A stretch of 64,000 nt of DNA, from assembly GCA_001779195.1 (NCBI GenBank), contig MFJL01000041.1, positions 16,881 through 80,880 on the forward strand. The letters are read 5' to 3'. A program made the translations under genes and the position numbers. Below are positions 58,113 through 64,000 of this stretch, in pieces (within the stretch, counting starts at the first letter, position 1; every line of letters begins with the position of its first letter). This DNA is from Candidatus Gottesmanbacteria bacterium RIFCSPHIGHO2_02_FULL_39_11. Its GTDB lineage: Bacteria; Patescibacteriota; Microgenomatia; 2-02-FULL-39-11. Under the pieces are notes generated by a model, which had not been told where the DNA came from, searched no databases, and saw only the letters and a list, made by a program, of their open reading frames with translations.

Positions 58113-58155
58113 AATTTCTTGTGGATAAGTACTATAATCCACGTATAAGGTTTTT
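58113..58155 (+). repeat. direct repeat copy 1 (GAATTTCTTGTGGATAAGTACTATAATCCACGTATA). Copy 2 is at 59616-59658.
   Basis: About 43 nt with about 88% identity between the copies. Contains a TATAAT -10-like hexamer and TGTGGATAA. Confidence 0.6.
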
Positions 58156-58165
58156 TTATTTATGG

Positions 58166-58255
58166 ATGAAAGAGTTGATGAGTGAATTTACAAGTTTAGC
58201 TGAAGAGGCGCGCAAACTAGAAAAGAAAATAGTTGAGGGTTGGAAAAGTATTTAA
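58166..58255 (+). pseudogene. 3'-terminal remnant of a type I RM hsdM gene
   Basis: MKELMSEFTSLAEEARKLEKKIVEGWKSI parallels the C-terminus of the intact HsdM at 61210-61299 (MKELTEEFRTLTKEAHELEKKIEEDWEKII). Confidence 0.6.
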
Positions 58256-58302
58256 TCATGGCAAATTCGCCATAATTAAATATTAATATCTTAGCTAAAA
58301 AT

Positions 58303-59319
58303 ATGAAAAACTCACAGCCTCAATCTCAAATAATTATCTATAAAGCAGAAACTGGCGAGACTAAAATCGACGTGCGTTTTGATGGGGACACGGTCTGGTT
58401 GAGTCAGGATGAAATGGCTCGATTGTTTGACAAAGGCCGTTCAACTATTGCAGAACATATTGCTAAAGTATTTAAGGAAAAAGAACTAGTCGAGGGATCA
58501 GTATGTCGGGAATTCCGACGTACTGGCGCTGATGAAAAAGAATATCAGGTAAAATATTACAATCTCGATGTTATTATCTCCGTTGGTTACCGAGTCAAGT
58601 CACTCCGTGGTACTCAATTTCGTATTTGGGCAACCAAGCGTCTGCGCGAATATATCGTCAAAGGTTTTGTGATGGATGATGAGAGACTGAAAAACCCCGA
58701 TCTGCCGTTTGATTATTTTGAAGAACTCACTCGTCGTATTGCTGATATCCGCACTTCAGAAAAAAGATTTTATAGAAAAATTACAGACATCTATGCTACC
58801 AGTGTCGATTATGACCCGACAGACAAACAGAGTATTCTCTTTTTCAAAACGGTCCAAAACAAAATGCATTATGCAATTACCGGAAGTACTGCGGCGGAGA
58901 TAGTAGCCAGTAGAGTGGATAGTAAAAAACCAAATGTGGGACTGACAAACTTCAGGGGTAATAAACCAACAAAAGAAGAAGTAGTGATCGCCAAAAATTA
59001 TTTGAGTGAACAAGAGCTTCTTGTTTTAAATAATCTTGTCGAGCAATATCTCGTATTTGCGCAAGGACAGGCCATACAAAGAGTGCCAATGTATATGAAA
59101 GACTGGATTGGTAAACTCCATGCATTTTTACAGATTAATAATAAAGATATTTTGAAAGATGCAGGAAGAATCTCTCACGAGTTGGCTACAGAAATAGCCG
59201 AAAGGAATTTTGATGAATACAAGAGAAATGAAGTAAAAAAATTAGATAATAATTTTGATTTGGCTGCTTTACACGCGCTTGAAATTGCAAAGAAAAAGAA
59301 AGGGGAGGATAAAAAATGA
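58303..59319 (+). CDS. RhuM family virulence/defense-island protein
   Basis: IIYKAETGETKIDVRFDGDTVWLSQDEMARLFDKGRSTIAEHI ... YNLDVIISVGYRVKSLRGTQFRIWATKRLREYIVKGF, a strong match to the RhuM family core. Confidence 0.8.
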   Translation: MKNSQPQSQIIIYKAETGETKIDVRFDGDTVWLSQDEMARLFDKGRSTIAEHIAKVFKEKELVEGSVCREFRRTGADEKEYQVKYYNLDVIISVGYRVKSLRGTQFRIWATKRLREYIVKGFVMDDERLKNPDLPFDYFEELTRRIADIRTSEKRFYRKITDIYATSVDYDPTDKQSILFFKTVQNKMHYAITGSTAAEIVASRVDSKKPNVGLTNFRGNKPTKEEVVIAKNYLSEQELLVLNNLVEQYLVFAQGQAIQRVPMYMKDWIGKLHAFLQINNKDILKDAGRISHELATEIAERNFDEYKRNEVKKLDNNFDLAALHALEIAKKKKGEDKK

Positions 59320-59381
59320 CTATGCAATTTTAAAAAATGCAAAATTACTTCATGGAAATAGGCCTGTCAAGAAAACTCTTC

Positions 59382-59528
59382 TGTCATCCTGAAATCGTCT
59401 ACCCTGAGTCTTATCGAAGGGTTTCAGGATCTTCTTTTTGTCATTCTAGCTTGTCCAGAATCTGTGTTGTTTCCATGTCATCCTGAATTTGCTTGTACTG
59501 AGCTTGTCGAACGTATCCAGAATCTGTC
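59382..59528. repeat. cluster of three imperfect palindromic GTCATYCTGA...CCAGAATCTG elements
   Basis: TGTCATCCTGAAA...TTTCAGGATC, then TTTGTCATTCTAGCTTGTCCAGAATCTG, then TGTCATCCTGAATTTG...TCCAGAATCTG. Confidence 0.5.
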
Positions 59529-59615
59529 TTTCCTTTTTCTTTCTCTCTTCTTTTGCTTTCCTCCTCTAAACCTCTAAACCTTTCTCCATAAAGAAAAATT
59601 GAATACGTATCGGAA

Positions 59616-59658
59616 TTTCTTGTGAATAAGCAGTATAATCCACGTATACAAGTTAGGA
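59616..59658 (+). repeat. direct repeat copy 2 (GAATTTCTTGTGAATAAGCAGTATAATCCACGTATA), about 60 nt upstream of hsdM. Probable promoter region.
   Basis: See copy 1. The TATAAT hexamer is retained. Confidence 0.55.
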
Positions 59659-59721
59659 GCCTTCAACCAATTAAGAAGATAAAACAAACAAATTAGTATT
59701 TTGCTGACTTATAATAAATAT

Positions 59722-61299
59722 ATGAATACACACAGTAGTCAACTTCAGGAACAATTGTGGGCAGCAGCTGAGCACATGCGTGCAAATAGCAGTCTAAAGC
59801 TGAACGAAATCTCAGAGCCAATTTTAGGTCTTATTTTTCTCAAATTTGCTGATGTATGTTTTCAAAGAGCTACAAAAGAGCTAGAAAAAGATAGATTATC
59901 CATAAAATCTTCAAGACAAAGACCTCTTATTTCAGATGACTATAAAGCAATGGGAGTTATTTATATTCCGAAAGAAGCATCATACTCATATCTTATTAGT
60001 CTCCCGGAAAATGAAAATCTAGGAAAAACAATAAACGGTGCCATGAAAACAATTGAGGAAGAAAATCGTGAGCTTGCTGGAGTATTACCCCAAGATTATA
60101 CCAATATTTCTAGGAAAGCTGATGAAAATAACCGAATACTTATATCGCTACTAAAAAGCTTTAATCAAATTCCTGATGATATTGAAGGGGACTCTTTTGG
60201 TGAAATATATGAATACTTTCTGGGGAATTTCGCTCTTTCTGAAGGAAGAAATGGAGGAGAATTCTTTACAGCACAATCAATAGTAAAGCTTTTAGTTGAA
60301 ATTATTGAACCCTATCATGGAAGGATTTATGATCCTGCTTGCGGAAGCGGGGGCATGTTTGTACATTCTGCTCATTTTGTGGCTGAACATATAAAAAATA
60401 AATCTCATGTGATGGACGAAGTGGCAATCTATGGACAAGAGAAAACAGACTCTACCGTCAAAATTGCCAAAATGAATCTCTCAATTCATGGACTTTCAGG
60501 AAAAATTATCCAAGCAAACTCATTTTACGAAGATGTATATGAAAGTGTCGGAAAATTTGATTTTGTGCTTGCAAACCCTCCTTTTAATGTAAAAGGGAAA
60601 GATAAAAGAGGACAATTGGTCATAGATCCCGCTCGACTTCATGGGGATCCCAGGTATTATTTCGGTCTTCCTCTTACAGGTAAAAAAGAGATAAGTAATG
60701 CTAATTATCTCTGGATTCAGATCTTTACCAGCGCATTGTCATCAAAAGGGCGTGCCGGATTTGTTATGGCTAATTCTGCAACGGATGCAGGTAATGCGGA
60801 AAAGGGAATTAGGGAAAAACTAATTGAAGAGGGAATTGTGGATGTTATTATCTCAACTCCTCCCAATATGTTTCTTAACGTTACTCTTTCATCAACGTTA
60901 TGGTTTTTAGATAAAGGTAAAAAAAGCACGGATAGACAAAATAAAATTTTGTTTATTAACTCCCAAGATATTTTTACTCCTGTTGATCGCGCACACAATA
61001 GATGGACGGATGAACAAATCCAAGAAATCGCTGGAATTGTTCGGCGATATCGAAGTGAAGAAGGAAACGAAAAATATAAAGATATAAAAGGCAGGTGCAA
61101 AGTTGCAACTCTTGATGAAATTAAGGCCAATGATTATTCGCTAAATCCTGGAAGATATATAGAAATAGTTGAAAAAGAAATGGATGATGTGGAGTTTGAA
61201 GCAAGAATGAAAGAATTAACTGAAGAATTCAGAACTCTAACCAAAGAAGCTCACGAGCTTGAAAAGAAAATAGAGGAAGATTGGGAGAAAATTATATGA
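59722..61299 (+). CDS. hsdM: type I restriction-modification system DNA methyltransferase subunit M
   Basis: Motif I IYDPACGSGGMF. Motif IV LANPPFNVKG. N-terminal HsdM_N-like helical domain. The track start 59701 is a TTG; ATG is at 59722. Confidence 0.9.
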   Translation: MNTHSSQLQEQLWAAAEHMRANSSLKLNEISEPILGLIFLKFADVCFQRATKELEKDRLSIKSSRQRPLISDDYKAMGVIYIPKEASYSYLISLPENENLGKTINGAMKTIEEENRELAGVLPQDYTNISRKADENNRILISLLKSFNQIPDDIEGDSFGEIYEYFLGNFALSEGRNGGEFFTAQSIVKLLVEIIEPYHGRIYDPACGSGGMFVHSAHFVAEHIKNKSHVMDEVAIYGQEKTDSTVKIAKMNLSIHGLSGKIIQANSFYEDVYESVGKFDFVLANPPFNVKGKDKRGQLVIDPARLHGDPRYYFGLPLTGKKEISNANYLWIQIFTSALSSKGRAGFVMANSATDAGNAEKGIREKLIEEGIVDVIISTPPNMFLNVTLSSTLWFLDKGKKSTDRQNKILFINSQDIFTPVDRAHNRWTDEQIQEIAGIVRRYRSEEGNEKYKDIKGRCKVATLDEIKANDYSLNPGRYIEIVEKEMDDVEFEARMKELTEEFRTLTKEAHELEKKIEEDWEKII

Positions 61300-61328
61300 A
61301 AAAGTAGTCGGATAAGGTGAATTGTTTA

Positions 61329-61358
61329 TTGACTTTTTATTCTGTTATAGTGTAATAT
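61329..61358 (+). promoter_or_regulatory. sigma-70-like promoter candidate for the ATPase gene (TTGACT, 18 nt spacer, TAATAT)
   Basis: Hexamers read directly from the sequence. Ends about 30 nt upstream of the 61390 start. Confidence 0.3.
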
Positions 61359-61389
61359 ATGTGCATGATCATTATTTTAGCCTTATTAC

Positions 61390-62862
61390 ATGACGGAAAT
61401 TGATGTCCAACTACTCGCCCAACTTCGCACCTGGAATCCCTGGTGGCAACAAGGTAGAGAAGGAATTGATAGGTATAAAGATCCTTCTTATAAGCGTGAG
61501 CTCTATACTAACATCTGTAATCAGTATAAAGACGGCAACCAGATCGTAAGCATCATAGGGATGCGTCAGGTAGGAAAATCTACTTTGATGCGCCAAGTGA
61601 TCAAAAATTTACTTGACTCTGGAGTTGATCCTAAGACAATTCTCTATATTTCATTCGATGATCCATTCGTTCGGGTTAAATACGATAAGAAAAAAATATT
61701 CGACATCATAGTTGAGATTTTCCTGCAGGGATTGATTCAGGAGGACCTGGATGTATATAAGGGCACATTGTATTTTTTTCTGGATGAGATCCACCAGCTT
61801 CCCAACTGGGAAAAAACACTGAAAACTTACTATGATCGATCATTTCCCATTCGGTATATGGTCAGCGGATCATCATCGATCCAGTTGCAGTCGAAAAATA
61901 AAGAGAGTTTACTCGGAAGGATATCCGAATATGTTCTTTGGCCATTTTCATTCCGTGAATATCTCGAGTTTCATGAGAATAAGGATAAGCAGATACAAGG
62001 TGTGATACAGGAAGCCCGAGAAGTTTTTACGAAATATAACACCACATTTGATATACACACAATATATGAATCATTACAAGATCTCTACAAAAAAGCATTT
62101 GTGTGGAGTAAGCAACCTATCCAGTCCAATCTTCAAAAATTTATAGTCTGTGGCGGGTTCCCGAGAGCTTGGCAGCAGCTTGATTTTATATCCCGGCAGC
62201 GGATCTTGTGGGAACAGCATGTCGGGAAAGTGATTTTTGAAGATCTGGTACAGGTAGCAAATATCCGTAAACCGCGAGACCTCGAGTTTTTGTTCACCTA
62301 CATCATCGAAAACAACGGCAAAGAAGTGAAACTGGGTGAGATGAAACATAACTTAAATATTCATTGGGAAACACTCGATAGATATCTCAGCTATCTTATC
62401 CGTACGTTTCTTATTTTTCGCGTCGAGCGGACGAAGACGAAGCGTCTCCTGCAGAAAAGAAGATCGGGGAATGTGAAGTTCTACCTTACTGACGTAGCAC
62501 TGCGAAACGCATTTTATAACCGTACTGAAGATGTTTTTTTTGATTCCGAAGAGATGTCCTTTATTGCGGAAAATCTTGTCTGCACGGCAATCGAGCGTTG
62601 GCTACGTGGGCCTAAGAAAGAAGAGCAGGTATCCTTTTATAAAGACAGGAGCGGAGAAGTGGACTTTATATTTAAAGGACCAAATAATATCACGCCAATC
62701 GAAGTCAAATGGAGATCCGACATGCCGCCCTTGAAAACATTACTAAAACTAGAAACATCCTGGAGCACGACGCAAAGTCTTCTCATTACGAGAGATCAGG
62801 AACTTGACTTACGGGGAGGCAGACTCTCGATCCCTTTATGGTTTTTCCTATTATGTTTTTAA
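61390..62862 (+). CDS. AAA-family ATP-binding protein of the DUF4143/COG1373 type, embedded between hsdM and hsdS
   Basis: Walker A IIGMRQVGKSTL. Walker B-like FFLDEIHQL. About 490 aa with the typical length and architecture. Confidence 0.7.
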   Translation: MTEIDVQLLAQLRTWNPWWQQGREGIDRYKDPSYKRELYTNICNQYKDGNQIVSIIGMRQVGKSTLMRQVIKNLLDSGVDPKTILYISFDDPFVRVKYDKKKIFDIIVEIFLQGLIQEDLDVYKGTLYFFLDEIHQLPNWEKTLKTYYDRSFPIRYMVSGSSSIQLQSKNKESLLGRISEYVLWPFSFREYLEFHENKDKQIQGVIQEAREVFTKYNTTFDIHTIYESLQDLYKKAFVWSKQPIQSNLQKFIVCGGFPRAWQQLDFISRQRILWEQHVGKVIFEDLVQVANIRKPRDLEFLFTYIIENNGKEVKLGEMKHNLNIHWETLDRYLSYLIRTFLIFRVERTKTKRLLQKRRSGNVKFYLTDVALRNAFYNRTEDVFFDSEEMSFIAENLVCTAIERWLRGPKKEEQVSFYKDRSGEVDFIFKGPNNITPIEVKWRSDMPPLKTLLKLETSWSTTQSLLITRDQELDLRGGRLSIPLWFFLLCF

Positions 62863-62875
62863 CGAAAAATATTTT

Positions 62876-64000
62876 ATGACAACCTGGACAAAACAAAAAT
62901 TGGGAGATTGTCTCAGTTTCAGAACCGGCAAACTTAATTCAAATGCTGCAATTAAGAATGGAATGTATCCATTCTTTACATGCTCTCAAGAAGTATACAA
63001 AACGAATACATGGAGTTTTGATACTGAATGTGTGCTTTTGGGGGGAAATAATGCTGATGCAATTTACCCCCTTTTTTATTTTAAGGGTAAGTTTGATGCT
63101 TATCAAAGGACCTATGTTATAGAATCTAAAAATAATAACAATATACGGTTTTTTTATTACGTTTTGCGTAAAAAGCTTGAAGACCTTCGAAATCAATCAA
63201 CAGGAGCTACTACAAAGTTTTTAACACTAAAAATCTTAAACAACCTTCAGATAACCACTCCAAATGAATTTATACAATCTCAAATGGTTGCTGTTCTCTC
63301 CTGTTATGATGACCTAATCGAAAACAACGAGAAGCGAATAAGGATTTTAGAGGAAATGGCGCAGAGGCTTTATACAGAATGGTTTGTAAAATTCAAATTC
63401 CCGCTTGCCCGCCGTAGCCTTAGCGAAGGACGGGGACATGAAAAAGTGAAAATGCTTGAAAGCGGAACAGAATATGGAATGATTCCTGAAGGATGGAAGG
63501 TAGTTTTAATGAAGGATGTTGCAGAAATAGTGGACTGTTTGCATTCAAAGAAACCAGAACGAATTAGAAGCGGAACTCATATATTATTACAGTTAAATAA
63601 TATTTTAGAAAACGGTCTTATAGATATATTAGATAAGTACATAATAAGTGAGGATGATTATCAGAAATGGATAAAAAATATTGAATTACGGAAGGGAGAC
63701 TGCGTAATAACAAATGTTGGACGAATTGCAGCAACAGCACAAATTTCTGGTGAAATCAGGTTAGCAGCCGGTAGAAATATGACTGCAATAAGACCTAAAA
63801 GAATTCCTGATTCATTCTTAATTCAATATCTAAAATCTCCTCACATTGAGAGAGAAGTCAAAATGAAAATTGATGCGGGGGCTATTATGGGAAGCTTGAA
63901 TGTTAAAAGTATCTATATATTGAAAATACTCTTACCTGATGATAGCACACTAGAGAATTTTTCAGTAATAGCTTCTTCTTGGAGAGAAGAAATGAATATA
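62876..64000 (+). CDS. hsdS: type I restriction-modification system specificity subunit S, 3'-truncated by the window edge. Not in the ORF track because no stop is reached.
   Basis: Translated by hand from ATG 62876: MTTWTKQKLGDCLSFRTGKLNSNAAIKNGMYPFFTCSQEVYKTN...GGNNADAIYPLFYFKGKFDAYQRTYVIESKNNN...RFFYYVL. Central coiled spacer NEKRIRILEEMAQRLYTEWFVKFKFP, then a second TRD (GMIPEGWKVVLMKDVAEIVDCLHSKKPE...). Confidence 0.85.
   Translation, partial: MTTWTKQKLGDCLSFRTGKLNSNAAIKNGMYPFFTCSQEVYKTNTWSFDTECVLLGGNNADAIYPLFYFKGKFDAYQRTYVIESKNNNNIRFFYYVLRKKLEDLRNQSTGATTKFLTLKILNNLQITTPNEFIQSQMVAVLSCYDDLIENNEKRIRILEEMAQRLYTEWFVKFKFPLARRSLSEGRGHEKVKMLESGTEYGMIPEGWKVVLMKDVAEIVDCLHSKKPERIRSGTHILLQLNNILENGLIDILDKYIISEDDYQKWIKNIELRKGDCVITNVGRIAATAQISGEIRLAAGRNMTAIRPKRIPDSFLIQYLKSPHIEREVKMKIDAGAIMGSLNVKSIYILKILLPDDSTLENFSVIASSWREEMNI

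Noticed and set aside
58113-58155. A DnaA-box-like TGTGGATAA (and TGTGAATAA in copy 2) within the direct repeats, and TTATCCAAT cores in the 30301 palindrome
   Set aside because: These are single 9-mers in AT-rich DNA without clustered boxes or an adjacent dnaA/dnaN. A chance match is most probable, so they are noted only as repeats.
12018-59700. Possible CRISPR array among the repeat-rich spacers
   Set aside because: The repeats are not regularly spaced direct repeats of constant length with unique spacers. They are inverted or palindromic and heterogeneous, and no cas genes are present.
1-64000. tRNA, rRNA, integrase or transposase genes
   Set aside because: All intergenic gaps longer than 50 bp were scanned for the GTTCRAWTC T-loop signature and cloverleaf-sized GC-rich segments, and none was found. 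No ORF shows DDE, tyrosine-recombinase or serine-recombinase motifs. The defense island therefore has no recognisable mobility gene within the window.

Overview
This is an AT-rich (about 35% GC) window with very compact, often overlapping genes, a short TsaB and a very large glycosyltransferase load. It is most consistent with a small-genome, Patescibacteria/CPR-like bacterium. RF2 is present as one unbroken ORF, so standard code 11 is assumed.

Layout:
1) 1-3161: a membrane glycosylation module (partial GT-C, divergent GT2, then GT4).
2) 3187-6464: an overlapping four-gene operon (histidine phosphatase, PAP2, NlpC/P60-like, MurD-like Mur ligase).
3) 6476-8854: a LysW-like zinc-ribbon carrier protein on the minus strand, sharing a 28 bp divergent spacer with a fold-type II PLP enzyme that is coupled to an ATP-grasp ligase. 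This is the most unusual feature.
4) 8895-15225: housekeeping genes: prfB, ftsE-ftsX-M23(EnvC-like), tsaE and tsaB.
5) 15238-25319: cell-surface genes. A GT-C membrane protein, three paralogous secreted Asn/Thr/Gly-rich repeat proteins with a duplicated leader, a sortase with a substrate carrying a C-terminal LSYTG motif, and a CAP-domain protein.
6) 25439-56440: a roughly 31 kb glycan-assembly supercluster. It holds dTDP-rhamnose genes rmlA/B/D (no rmlC), ugd plus UDP-glucuronate decarboxylase, a GDP-sugar dehydratase-like gene and two further epimerases. It also holds eight GT2 polyprenyl-phosphate-sugar synthase-like genes (one fused to a GtrA domain), eight GT-C/PMT/GT87/YfhO-like polytopic enzymes, one GT4 and a Wzx flippase. 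A convergent tgt and an ogt interrupt it near 44.7-46.3 kb.
7) 56441-64000: a defense island. A DUF488(YeaO-like)+unknown gene pair, an hsdM 3' remnant, RhuM, hsdM, a DUF4143 AAA ATPase and a partial hsdS. It is flanked by repeat-rich spacers.

At least two dispersed intergenic repeat families (the TTTGTCATCCTGAG...GGGAATGACAA palindromic elements and AAATCCGAAA-type AT-rich repeats) and a conserved RNA-like box with a terminator hairpin recur through the window. No tRNA, rRNA, CRISPR array, integrase or transposase was found.
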